Below, in pieces: positions 1-14,358 of a stretch of 64,000 nt of DNA. Where the stretch lies: sequence record MK250021.1, one strand, 5' to 3'. The notes under the pieces are model-generated. The model saw only the letters and a list, made by a program, of their open reading frames with translations, was not told the origin of the DNA and made no database searches. Positions within the stretch are counted from its first letter, which is position 1; every line of letters begins with the position of its first letter. A program made the translations under genes and the position numbers.

Positions 1-3000
1 AGTATTTAAATTTTCTTTTGTTTCTATATTTGTAGAATAATTTTCATACTTATAATATGTGTTTAAATTAGCTGGTTTTTCAGTTACTATATTTATATTT
101 GAATTTGGTTCTGTGTCTTTTGCATAAAGTTCAACTTCAATATTTGACTATGCATTATAATATACTGATAATGTATGATTTATATAATTTTTCTAACCTG
201 TATATTGAGAATCTTTAAAATAATTCCAATTTTCATTAAATGATTCATTATTTATAAAATGATTAAATATTGCGGATGTTAAATTTATAGTTATAACTGT
301 ATTACCTTGATTAATATCAGAAATATTATATGAAGAATCTGAATAATTAACAGATAATATGTCATTCGCAGTAGGATAAACAAATTTATTAATTAATATA
401 TAATCATTATGAATAACCATACAGTGTGAACCTAAGAATGATTTATCATCAATTCCTGTTTTATGTCCATCAATACTTATATAATCATTTTCATTAAGAT
501 ATTTACGATAATAATTATTATCCCATGTCGCGCTTAATAATGAACGATTATCTACTAAATAATAATTTTTATTTAATCTCTATAAATTAGTGTCTTCAAA
601 TACTTTATTACCTGGATAATTCTGTATTCTATTAATATTTTTTATTTTTGTATTAGATTGCAATAAATCAACATTAAGAATATCTCGTAATTCATCATCT
701 ATATAAAAATCAACCATATTATTCGTATTAGGTGTAAACCATCCGTAATTAAATTTAATCTAATTAGGTATTGATAATGTAAATATTAATGGATTATATT
801 CTTCTGTATTATGTATTAATTTAACCTCTGCTTTTTCTGGGATAATATATATATCAATATCATTAGTAAATGTATCAACATATCGTTTTAACTTATCCTT
901 CGGTGTTTCTAATGATATTAATTTTGATATATACTTCTTAAAATGTGTTAAATTAGTTCCTGTTATCAATTTCGTGTTAGTTAATAAGTTTGTTTTATCA
1001 TTTTTATATGATATAATAAACTAATCACTATTAAGAATATTTGATAATTTTATATTGTTAACATTATTTACATTATTTTGTTTCTTTATAGTTAATCCTA
1101 ATTTATTTTCATTTAATGTTATTAATTTCGGATTTAATACATTTGTTATATTTAAATGCTAACTTATATTTTTTCCTATAGTTGTAGTACGTCTTATAAC
1201 ATTTTCAAGGATCTATTTAGCTGTATGATTATATTCACCATCTGCCTTTGTAATAATATACGCATGACTATTACTTGATATTGAATTTACATGAGTTAAT
1301 GTACCTGGATAATCAATATACTCATAATTTGTTAATACACCAATATCATTATAATTATTAACAGAAACATATTCATTACAATCAACTGAATTTTCCATAT
1401 TAAATGAAACAAACTATGGTGAATTAGTTGATAATGTTGTATTTACTATCGGTACATCATACTATGTAAATAATGAAGACCATAAATTATGTTCATCTAT
1501 TAATGACATTAATTGTTTATGAAAATTATTCTTCTTATGAGCATGAATACCATTATTCATACAGTTAAGTGTCCTGAAATCAATATCATATGGTGCGTTA
1601 AGAACTGCATAATCAGCATAACTCTAATATTCATTTGTTGTAACATTCTTTATGTTAGATGTGCCTTCATGTGCATAATCAATATAGAACTAATGATTAA
1701 TCAATAAGATGAACCTTTCTTTTAACGATATATAAATCTCATTAGTTTTTGATAAATCATAATCGGTTAAAACAAATGCTTCAAACCCTGAATAATCTTC
1801 AAGATGAATATAACTATTAACAACCTTTGTATTTAACTTAATATTAAATTTAATACCGGAAAATATAAACTCAAGACTTTTAATATTAGAATTATAATAT
1901 ACAGATGCTGTATCAATATTAGTATTATCTATCAATAATTTTTTAATGGAATGCTGTACAGAACCATTTAATATACTTTCCTTATATGTAATTGATTCAT
2001 TATTAATATACAATATATTATCTACTTTATTAGTTACATATTGATTTGTATCATAATCTGCTACATTATAAGTATTTTCACAGAAATTACCATTAAATTC
2101 ATAATTTTCATTTAATGTATTAACATCTAATATGTTATTATTATCATAATATTGTCCATTAGATTTCCATAAACATTGTACAGATGGAACAATAGGATAT
2201 AATAATTCACTATTACCTGTATTATTAGGATTTACAAAATAATTATTTGATTTTAATTCTGGAATTACAGTATCATAATTATATTCCTAATATTTTTGTT
2301 TGTCTGCTATTTTTAATTTAGTATTTTCTATAACAGATATTGAATTCAAATTATTTACGTTTATAGTTGTACTTATATATGCTGTTTTAGAAGGTGTTAT
2401 TATAAATGTCGTTCCTTTAGACACATTTACTTTATTGAATTTAAGTTTACCATCTAAAACTTCATACATCACTCCATGTTGTATTCTATAATCCGTTTCA
2501 TCTGTTGCAATAGTTTCACCTGCCGGAATATCAATATATAAATTATCCTCATTATGTAATGTTCTGCTTAAATCAATAGTTGTATCTATATCTTTAATAT
2601 TAGTAATACCCATTATAGCAACTGCGACTTCTGTAGGTTTATACAAATGAATCTTATTAGTTATTAATAACGAAGGATTAATAGTAGAAATCATGCATGT
2701 ATTTACATCATATGGATTTGTTATTACGCATAAATCCTATGTTTTATTAATAAACTACTATTGATTATCTAAACTATAATTCTTATAATTATCTGGTTCC
2801 CATACATTATTTCTCAAATATCCATTTGTAATATTAAATACATTAACTGTATCATAAATACCATTTGTGTTATAAATTAATGGATACTTAATTTTATTAA
2901 CTAAGTCACTAATATCTGTATTAACAGAATATGTATAATTAAGTTCTTTTGTTGATTTAAACTTAACAACATTATTGTAACGCCAACCTAATGTTTCAAA

Positions 3001-6000
3001 ACAATAATTGGAGAATGCACAATAATAATTATCAAAATAATCTGATTGATTTGTCAATGCATGCATTTCATAAGTTATATTACTATTAAAATATGAAATA
3101 GTATCATCTTTAATATTAACAGGATCTTCTGATTCAACATAACAATGTAAATCACTTATATTATTTAAATAATTATGTTCAGAATTATTATCTATATTCT
3201 TTATCCAATCATTTTCATTATCATCCGGTTGTATATCATTTTCAATATATTTAATACCATTATGTTTAATAAATGAAATACTGTTATTATATTCTTTATT
3301 TGTTGTATATAATGATGATACAAGACCATTTACTTTATCAAATCCAAAATAATCATAATGAAAATCATCAAACTTTGGTGCTAATATATGTTGAACATAC
3401 ATATTATCATATGATGAAATTATAGAAATACTCTTATCATTATAAGATCCAACTTTAATTATATTAGTATTAAATTTCTCAATACATTTTATAATACGAT
3501 TAATCTGTACATCTAATGTTGCAGTTATATCATTATATTCCAAATCCTATGAATAAAATGAAATTCTATAGAAATAAGTATTTTCAGAATATCTACATTT
3601 CTATTTGGCAACATATGGATTTATATTATAATCAGTCTCTAATAATCTATCATCATTTGATGCAATTATTTCATATACAATATGTTCAGTTGTAAACTTA
3701 TTTGTTTCATATGTATTACCAGCATTAGTAACAGAAGATTTAATAGGATAATCCTATGCAATAAATTTAATATGTTCACCACATTCAATAGGTTTATTGA
3801 AATGTAATATTATAAAACTTTTATCAGTATCTTTATCTATCTTAATTTCTGATGAATCTAATGACATTAAATTTGAGTCTGGAGTATTAGTGACATAATT
3901 CTTAAAGAAATTCTTTAAATCAATATCAGTCTAAACTCTACCTACATTATTATTTGTTATTGCGAAGAATAATCTATCATAATATTTCTTATCGAATATT
4001 ACTTTATAAATATTCTCATCTCCTTTATAAATATCACCATTTTCATCATATTTAGTTAATACTGTATTTCCTGTACTATTCTTAGAAGAAACAACATAAC
4101 CATAATTAATGAAATCATTTGCAGTTAAATATAATCCAAAATAACGATGCATAGAATATTCTTCCATATCATTATCATCAAACATAAACTCAAGGTTTAT
4201 AATATTGGAATATATAAGATTATGTCTTTCAAAGCCAGCAATAATATAATTATTAAACATTTCTTGTTTATTAGCTATATCTGAATTTAATATTTTAGAT
4301 CCAAAATATGTTGTCTCTGACTAATTAACAAGAATGCCTCTATCTACTGATATACCTTTCCATATATTATTGCCTTGTCTATAATAAGGAGAATTCTAAT
4401 TATAATCCTGTTCAATAAATTGCAAATAACATTGTCCATAATTAGACAACATATTCTTATAATTATTAAGATATTGTCCAATAGATGTTGTTGTTCTTAA
4501 ATCAAATGTCTTTATAACCTTTGATTCTTTAATTAATTTCTTTAATTTTTCTGTATCATTAATTCCTTCACCTGAATATGTCTCTTCATTAAATATATCG
4601 TCATATCTGAATATCGCGAAGAATTCTGGTACATTATTTCCTATATGTAATGGTGCGAGAATCTTCATATTTTCAGAATAAAGACTATCTGTATTTGTTT
4701 CTGCACCATATTCATACATTGTTTCATATTGATCTTTATAATCAGTATAAACCTTATGTGCTTTCAGAGAATTTTCTGGTAATCCAAATAAATTTTTAAT
4801 AGGAATTTTACTGAATACCTTTTTTATATCTCTTGGATAATTACCATCAGATGAAATAGGGTATTTACGAACATTCTTATTATTTAATACAGCATTAGCT
4901 TTAAATGTATCAAGATATAAGTTATAATCTTTATCTACAACTAATTTAATATTTCCAGATAACTTTGGATTTGCTCTTAATAACATTGATGAATGATGTT
5001 GTGTATTAAGTTCATAACCTTTATTATCATAATTTGTTAGATGCTTTTCATTTTCATCATTAGTAACTATTAATCGTCCGTTTATTTTATTGCTAGATTT
5101 ATCAGTAATAGTTAAAACAATATCTTCTGATGAGCTAATAGGATAATCATCATCTAAACTTATTGTAAATATACCAGGTTCTATCCTATTTTCAAATATA
5201 ATATTATTATCTGTTTTATTTATGAAATCATTAATATGAACACCATTAATTCTTAAATAATTTTTCAAAGCATTATTCTATAATGTTATAATATAATTTG
5301 AAGGAGTTTCTGTTTTTACACGAATATTACTTCCATATACAGATATTTTATTTATAACAGACTATGTATTAATATCAGATATTTTTTTATCTTTTAAAAC
5401 TATCATATCCGGTACTTGTTCTTTTAATTTATCCTAATCAATTATCAACTAATCTGTAATTTTGTCAACATATGAAATTTCTAAATTTGCTTCAATATCT
5501 GTTAAACTTTTATCGGATACTTCTTTTTCTGTATTTGTATAATCATATACATCTGTTAAATAAATATAATTTCCAGATAAAATAGGATATACACCATATC
5601 TAGGAATTTGTTTTGTTAAAGGATTCGCACATTCTTTTGTTTCAATACTATGTCCGTCTTCATCTATGTCTATTTCATAATTATATAATTTTTCATTATT
5701 GTTTATATCGTCATTACCAGTTGCTATTTCATACTTAGGTTTATCTTCATCCGTATTTATTAATACATAACGATGATATATAGCTCTATAAGAACTGTCT
5801 ATACAACTTATACTCTTTTCACCTAATGTTATTAATTTTGTGTTATCAGCTATATTACCATTATTAGGATAATCGTTATTATCTTGGACAGGTACACTAT
5901 AAATTATAGTATCTTTATTATTAATAGTAGTATCATTATACTTATTACATATACGATTACTAAAATTATACATTTCTTTATAATCATTGAAGAATTCGGT

Positions 6001-7263
6001 TTCATCCTAATCAAAAAACACGCTTGAATCAAATCGATTATATATTCTATATGAATTATTATGTGTACAAAAATTCTTGATTATAAAATCATTAATACTA
6101 AAGCTATAATTTTCAGCATTATTATGATATATTTTTATATTAGTTCTATATGTCTTAAAAGGCTCTTTATCATTATTAAACGTAAATGAGCCGTTAATAT
6201 TAAAAGTATAAAAATCATTCTATGCATCCTTATCAACTTTAGTCGTAATATTTCTATCTTTAATATAAGTATTATATACAGTAGGAGACCAGATAAAAAC
6301 AGGTTTATAATATATAAATTTTAATGGTACTGATTTTTGTTTATATCCTAAATAAGCATTCTAAGAAACAACACATTCTGTATATGCACTAACAGACAAT
6401 AATGATTTAGGATCTGTATATATTGCACTAATTTGAAACCTTAATACATTTCGGTCTTCCTATATAAAATTATCAGGTACATACAATAAATTTGTATGTG
6501 GTATTAATGTATTATTATCTGTATTATAATCAAATGCTGGTAATAATAATGTATTGTTATTAAGTTTATCATCTTTCCATTTTGGTAAAGTTATATCCTT
6601 AATTGCCTCTTGTAATTTCTGCTCTTCTATATTAATTTTATTATTATTATATAAAATTACGGGTTTAATAATTAATTTAAATGGAAAGTCACCTATATTT
6701 TTATCATATAAATTCCAATTAGTTAATGAATCATTAATATGTGATTTATTATCGCTCCAATATATTTTAACATTAATCTTATAATTTGCAACATAATGAT
6801 CATCAATATAACCTCCATTAAAATTTGAATTAAATGCACTTGGTAAATCATTACCAATATTTACAAATGTACCTTCATCATATGTAGAATCGTCAGAATG
6901 AAATAATAAATCACTAAATATATTATTTGCTATATTTTTATTAACATTAATATTATTTAATGGGAATATATTTCCATAAATTATTTTATTTGAATTTTTC
7001 TCTGAATTCTTTCCATAAAAAGGTAATTTATCAAATTTTGCTGTTAATTCCATTTTAACAGGATATGGTAAATCACTATTTATATTTTCTTTATCTTTAA
7101 ACTAAAACGAATCAGGGTCATATACATATCCTAATTTATCTGTATTCATGACAGGAATTGGATATTCTACATCTTCATACCCATTTATTAAAACAGATGA
7201 ATTAATAACAACATCTCTCTTATTTGGTGTTAACTTAAATAAATATTTCTTTTCTTTTGCCAT
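1..7263 (-). CDS. Giant hypothetical virion protein, >2421 aa, runs off window; code 15
   Basis: Ten track fragments share one frame and each ends at TAG; ATG at 7263 (MAKEKKYLF); the joins I translated had no TAA/TGA; open to base 1. Confidence 0.85.
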
Positions 7264-7365
7264 TTGTATCCTTAAATCAAATTCGTTTCATTATTTATTA
7301 GATGAAAAAAGAGATATTACTTTTTATATTGAAGTAATATCTCTTTTCATTAAAATTATTTTTAT

Positions 7366-9621
7366 TTAATCATCTTCTGAAACACTAATATCATAATTAA
7401 TATAATTAATACTTGCAATATCTCCAAGATAACCAACGCTATCAAACTCTTTATCGATAGTATCAACTTTATCCTATAATGATATAGAAGTAATTACTTT
7501 TGTTCCTGATGATTCATCTGTATTCTCATACGCAATGTTCTTCGCTATATGTTTAAAATACAAACCATTAACTGAATTACTATTAGGTATTGTATCATCA
7601 AGATGCGAAGTAACTCCAGACGAACTTAATGTATTATTAATAGCGATAGTTAACGCATCATCATTTACATCCTTAATTAAATCTGCAATTTCATTTGTTG
7701 ATGAAAGATTATCAGGAAATGATATAATAATAGAATTAGACCAATCTGATCTTAAAGGATTTGTTGGATAACCTGCTTCTGATATTGATCTTACTTTAAT
7801 CTCTACACGTTCACCTTTCTAGATAGGTATATCTATTTGATTAATGTTAACTTCCGTGGAATCTGCGACATTCTCAACAACCCATTTATAGCCGTTACCA
7901 TCATTTACTTTTGTCTTCATCTATGACTATGATATATTCCAATCAGAGAATGTACCTGTAACGCTTGAACCTGTATTCTAATCATTATATGTAAATGTAT
8001 TTAATAATACAGGTGTATTATCTTCTTTAACATAACGATATGCAATATCAAATCCTATAATTTCTTCTTGTAATTCAGAATTTCCTATACGTGTTTTCTA
8101 TACAGGGATAGAAAAGAAACCTCTGATTCTATATTTAGGATCTGTTAATAAGGCACCATTTGAACGAACTTCAGACTAAAACGCAGAAACATTACTTGAA
8201 TAACTAGACTATGCATTCTATAATTCCAATGTTTGTGTGTTTATTTGCTCCTGTTTCGCGTTATAATCACTGATGTTAGTAATATTCTATAACTCTGATT
8301 TTAAGTCCGCTATGGCAGATTTAAGGCTATCTATCTTTGTCTTATCATCTGCAATAAGAGCTGCTGTATTCTTAATAGTTGTTGTGTCAATTGCCGCATT
8401 AATTTGTGTGTTAACCTATACGACTCTCATATCGGATTCTGATAATGTTGGTGCATTTGGTTTCTAACCACTCCAAGCGGTAACAGTTCTCTCCTTAGCC
8501 TCATCAATCATCTTTGCACCCCAATCAACTACATAATTACTGTAATATTCAGATAATGAAGTTGTTGATACATTACCATTATTATCTTCATATAAAAGAT
8601 TATCAGTATCAACTCTAATCGGTGTTGACCATGTATCTCCTTGAAGATTATATGCTTCTGAAATACCTTTTACATATATAATATCATATTCATGTGCACC
8701 AACTCTTACAGAAATAACTTTACTTCTGAATGGATCTTCATAATAATTAAGTGTCGCATAAACACCTGGCAAAGTCGCTCCTGTAATTCTCTTTAATCTT
8801 ACCTTACTTGAATTCTGGTTAATCGCTATAATCTCAAATATTGAATCACTATATGATAACTAATCTCCAATAGATAACACATTATTTTTCCCCTAATCTA
8901 TACCTTCGTTTGATATTGTAGAATATGTTATATTATCCAATGTATACCAAACATTACCGTTAATAATATCTGGATCCTATATAATCTAGAAAATTCCTGA
9001 TTTAGTATTTCTTACTAATGGTAGTTGAACAATCTCTTCATCTTCAGAATATGAAATATTATTATTAGCTAATAATGATTTCAATGAAAGATAATCCATA
9101 CCAGATGTTATTTGATTATTATTCCACAATGTTGTAGCTGAATCATCATTAGAATTAAGAATTACCCTTACAACCTTAACTCTATCTGCATCATCTTCTA
9201 TCTAACCTGTTAAATCAATATCGACAGTTAATCCTGGAAACATTAAGTCTTCAAAGAACCAATTAGTATCTAATTTAAATGTAGATGGATCTTGTAAACC
9301 AGCAATCTATGTCGGTGTCTAAGGAATCGAGCTCAACTTAATAGTTCTTCTTGAACCATCGTTAAGATTAATTGTTCCTTTACCGGTTGAAAGTGAATTA
9401 AGCGAATCTTCAACAGCTTTCAACCTATTAACAATCGAAGCATAACTTGGTAATTGATATTTAGAATTTGTTCCCTATGTATCTTGATATTCATAAGTTA
9501 CGAATGTATCATTAGTTGTTAAAGATCTTTGCATAGCGGATAATAATGAAAGTTCATTAGTTTGCTATGCAATAGTCTTACGCATATTCTCTGCAAAACT
9601 GTTTATATTATTTGTACTCAT
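7366..9621 (-). CDS. Hypothetical structural protein, 751 aa; code 15
   Basis: ATG 9621 (MSTNNINSF) to TAA 7366 with TAG read as Gln; includes track ORF 8464-8772; central coiled coil. Confidence 0.85.
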
Positions 9622-9634
9622 CTTATATTATCCG

Positions 9635-11515
9635 TTATTTATTTTCTAATTCTTGTATTCTATTATTTAAATCTTGTATATATTTAATCATTAATGGTAT
9701 CAATGACTCATAATTGACAAATGTTGTTCCTCTCTCATTATCATTTGTTTCATCACCTGTTCTATATACTAACTTATCAAATCCAAATCCTTGTAATATA
9801 TACTATGGTAAATCAATACTTGGATATACATTATTGTTATATGTATAATAATTAACCTAAATACCGTTTATAATATCATTTATATTACCATTATCTGTTG
9901 TCCATTCACCTAATGCAGTATCAGCTTGTGATTCAACATTAAATATAGGTTTATAAACAGAAGGAACATTATAAGTATATTCATCATTCAAAATTTTTAT
10001 TGGAGGCGTATAAGATGAACCTTGATATATAGATGTATTGATAAAATCATTTTTTAAATTATTAAGTTGAATCTTAATAACATTATTGCCATCGCTTGTA
10101 GTTGAATCTGTAGACGTGTCTGTAATAGGTAATATAACATTTGTCTTTACATTCTATGCAATAATACCAGATGTTTTTGAGCCATTAAGGTAACCATCTA
10201 ATTTAGTTTCTAGTTCCTCTAATTTTTGTTTATTTTCATCTGTTAACTTAAGTGTTGTCATATAAGCATCTTGAATAGCCATTGTTGACTAAACATTAGT
10301 ATTCATCACATCAATAGCTCTGTTAAGATTACTAACAACATCAGAAAAATCAACACTATTAATAGAAGACATTGTTGTATTATCCTATATCATCGCATCT
10401 GTATTATCATATACAGATAAAGTCTTTATATTAACACGGAATGAATAACTATTACCAAAGAAATTTGCCTTATTAGGACCTCCAAATGATTTCTTCTTAG
10501 TTAATGTAGGAATCTTAATACCTTCTGCTGTACTTTTTGGTGAATCTAAAAATACAATACCAAAAAGATTTATTGCATATGCTGATTTCGTAGTATCATT
10601 CTAATCATAAACACTATAATAAAGAAGAATTGCATTAAAACCAAATTCACATGGTTTTGATGTAATATCACAGAATTGATCTTTAAACTAATTATTAGCA
10701 TCAATATTTACATCATCATAAGAATTAATCTATATTTGATTATTTTTGTCATTACAAAAGTTTCTACAGGCAGTTTGTATCTATGTAATATCCTTTACTA
10801 TTTCATATGCGTCATTCAACTGATAATTTGAATTATTAACATTATCATATCTAGGTTTTGTATCACTTAATATTTTTAATGTATCTACATTATTTGTTCT
10901 TCCTTGTAAATGTTCATTATCACCACAATTATATGTATGCCCATATATATAATTAGTTTCTGCTGAATCCTAAACCTATTTAAAAAATACAGGACCATTA
11001 CCATAACTAGTTGGAATATTAACATAAGTTTCATTAAACATACCAAATTCTGTACTTAATGAATTACCTGCATCTATTGCTCCAAAACATTGAACAGTCC
11101 TTGTTTTATAATTGCCGTTATCTCCTTTTTCTCTATAATAAACGTCATTATTCTTTTGATTTCTCTCTAATGTTAATAAATTATTAATATGTCTATTCTC
11201 AAATGATTTTAACCAATGAAAGAAACAACGCTCAGTAACTGTATGGTATTCTTGATAATTATACTTATCATCATTTAATAATCTTGTTTCAAGATTCATC
11301 ATATAATTCTATAAATCAGTTGCAATTGCTATTGATTCCTATTTAAGATCTGTATTACCAAACATTCTTGGAAGATTAAGTAAAGCATAATGTGACATTG
11401 CAACACCTGTTGCTCGACTATTTAAATTCAAACCAATATCTTCATTAGCAGATGGGAAAACATATAATGTTGCACCGTTATCTCTCAACGGTCTTAATAA
11501 AGGTGTTCTAATCAT
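9635..11515 (-). CDS. Structural protein, 626 aa, with degenerate intramolecular-chaperone (S74-like) C-terminus; code 15
   Basis: MIRTPLLRP... to ...FVNYESLIPLMIKYIQDLNNRIQELENK-TAA; in frame with track ORF 10976-11302. Confidence 0.8.
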
Positions 11516-11533
11516 TTTCTTTAAAAATTAATT

Positions 11534-12505
11534 TTATTTTCTCTCTATCATAATATCATCTGCTGAACGAACTGAATAATCTAATACATCCCAAGATGAT
11601 CCATATTCATCATCATTGGCAATACATTTCAATGTAATTCTATTTAATTCATCCTTTGATATTCTTAAAAATTTATTTTCTTCCCTTGATAATACAACTC
11701 TATAAAATGCTTTTGATTTACTATCATTAAATCTTAATTTAACTATAGAACCAGGAATTCCATTTATAGAAGCAGTATGTTCATCATTTATAGTAACCGT
11801 ATGATTGTAATCATAATAAGTATATATAAATCCAGATTTAATATCATTGTATTGATATTTTGGTAAATTCATTCTTTTTAACTAAATAGCAGTTGCAAAC
11901 AGCATACTCTAATCAAAAGTAAATGACTAAGGTTCATTCAAACTCTACTCAGATGATTTACTTGCGCCATATAAACCAATATAACCTTGTTCATCAGAAT
12001 AACTATTACTAAACTATTTCTTTAAACTATCAACACTACTTATAATCTATTCTAATGTATCAGCCAATGACTAAACGGTTCCATTTCCTAATTCAACACC
12101 AATAGCGCCAGAATTATGTGCATACTTATTCATATCTGAATTAATTTTATCATATGGTACAGTTTTTAATAAGCCACCATCATTATATAAATAACGTCCA
12201 TTTAATGCATCATGGTTTATACCTTCATTATTACTACCACCAGATCTAATAATCTATTCAAGACTTTTTGTATCTTCAACTGAAAACTATTTAGCTGTTA
12301 TTTTATTAAATACACCAGTATTAGCCTTTACATAAGATTTCTAATCATCTGTATTATCTATATTAACTTTAATACATTGTTTATTACTATCATATATATT
12401 ATCTATATAATCAGATATTGATTGATTATTCTCATTAATAATTCTTGGAAGCTAACCAATCATTGTTCTTATAGATATATCATTTAATTTCTCTTTTAAA
12501 CTCAT
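11534..12505 (-). CDS. Hypothetical protein, 323 aa; code 15
   Basis: ATG 12505 (MSLKEKLND) in frame with track ORF 11534-11872 via TAG read-through. Confidence 0.8.
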
Positions 12506-12764
12506 CTATATCAAATAAAGATTTTATTTACTTATTTATTTAGAGAAAATCATACATGTCAAAATTAAATTGATTATTTAAAATAAATTAAATAAAACTT
12601 TATTATATTATATATTTTACTAAACTTTTCTAATAATGTTTATCTATATATAAAATAAAAAAATGATATAATAAAGAAAAAATTCTAAATTACATCATCT
12701 ATATTAATTTCAAAAATATTTTACATTTTCCAAGGATCTACCTTTCTAAAAATATTATTTAATA

Positions 12765-13140
12765 NNNNNNNNNNNNNNNNNNNNNNNNNNNNNNNNNNNN
12801 NNNNNNNNNNNNNNNNNNNNNNNNNNNNNNNNNNNNNNNNNNNNNNNNNNNNNNNNNNNNNNNNNNNNNNNNNNNNNNNNNNNNNNNNNNNNNNNNNNNN
12901 NNNNNNNNNNNNNNNNNNNNNNNNNNNNNNNNNNNNNNNNNNNNNNNNNNNNNNNNNNNNNNNNNNNNNNNNNNNNNNNNNNNNNNNNNNNNNNNNNNNN
13001 NNNNNNNNNNNNNNNNNNNNNNNNNNNNNNNNNNNNNNNNNNNNNNNNNNNNNNNNNNNNNNNNNNNNNNNNNNNNNNNNNNNNNNNNNNNNNNNNNNNN
13101 NNNNNNNNNNNNNNNNNNNNNNNNNNNNNNNNNNNNNNNN
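12765..13140. other. Scaffold gap (376 N)
   Basis: Run of N. Confidence 1.
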
Positions 13141-13284
13141 TGAAAAAAGTCTACATTATTTTAAATTATTTTTTAATTATTTTTAATGTAATTTTAACTA
13201 ATAAAATAGACTTTTAATTAAGACTTTAATATAATTATGCTATATAAATATAAGAAGAGAAAATTATACATATATAAAAGTAAA

Positions 13285-14310
13285 ATGAAAGTTGATATAA
13301 CATTTGACAACAAATGGTTTGTTGTCAGTTCAAATTATCTATTTGAACTTAATGTTATACGCAGAGCTTTTACAAGAGAAATTCCAAATGCGTGGATGTT
13401 AAAGAAGATTACTGACATACAAATTACTGATAGAGAATTCATGAACAAATATAATATGATTTCTACTAATTTGTGGTTAGAAATTATTAAGGTTGCTAAA
13501 AAGTTCAATATAGCAATGGAAATGACTCCAGCTGCACAGAATTATTTAAATTAGTTTACATTAAAGTTTGAAGATTTTAAGAGTTATATAGATGATATTT
13601 TTGAAGGTGCAGAAACAGATGAAGGAAAAGAATTTAGACCATATGATTATCAAATAAAAGCGGCGTATACATTATTAAAATATAAAAAATGTTGTGGAGA
13701 AATTTCTACTTCAGGTGGAAAAACATTAATTTCATTCATGATATTTAAATATTTAATTGATACACAAGGTATAGATAATATTCTATATATTGTTCCATCA
13801 GTTGACTTAGCTAACCAATCAGCTGAACAATATGAACGATATGAGTCTTACCTTAAGAAACATAATCATAATTGGGAAATAGGAATTCTTAGGTCTGGTT
13901 TAACAAAGAAACAAAAAGAAAAAGTCGAATCATGTAACATATTGTTTGGAACTTTTCAAAGTCTTTGTAAACGTAAAAAAGAGTTTTTTGATAGATTTGA
14001 ATCATGTATAATAGATGAGTGTTGTCATCCAGATACATTAATAACAATGGCAGATGGAAATAAAAAGAAAATTTCTGATGTTGTAGAAGGCGATAAAGTA
14101 TTTACGTATAATGAAAACACAAAGAAAAAAGAAATACATGAAGTTGAGTATGTATATAAAAATTTATCATCACATGATGTAATATATGAATTAGAAAAAG
14201 AGGATGGTACATTTATTAAATTAACAGGTAATCATAAAGTTTTAACAAAAAATAGAGGTTATGTACGTGTTGATGATTTAAATATAGATGATGATATTTT
14301 AGAGTTTTGA
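13285..14310 (+). CDS. uvsW: UvsW-like SF2 helicase, N-terminal half fused to split-intein IntN; code 15
   Basis: PYDYQ, Walker A EISTSGGKTL, IIDE then intein; one TAG at 13552; ends TGA 14310; alternative ATG 13237. Confidence 0.9.
14020..14310 (+). mobile_element. Split intein N-fragment (96 aa)
   Basis: Block A CCHPDTLITMADG directly after DE; block B TGNHKV; ends DDILEF-stop. Confidence 0.9.
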
Positions 14311-14318
14311 TTTTTTAC

Positions 14319-14358
14319 TTCTAACATGATGTTTAATTATTTATTCATCATGTTAGAA
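14319..14358 (+). promoter_or_regulatory. 13-bp hairpin occluding the endonuclease start codon
   Basis: ttctaacatgatg (14319-31) / catcatgttagaa (14346-58) perfect inverted repeat; ATG 14350 in 3' arm. Confidence 0.65.

Noticed and set aside
1-12505. Fragmented ORFs as pseudogenes or frameshift errors
   Set aside because: Fragments share one frame and break only at TAG; a CUA tRNA is present
12510-13280. Replication origin in the AT-rich divergent spacer
   Set aside because: Half is N gap; no iterons or other support visible
14308-14350. TGA read-through fusing IntN to the in-frame endonuclease as one cis intein
   Set aside because: The endonuclease ends at TAA and IntC has its own ATG in another frame; TGA is a stop elsewhere (30961)
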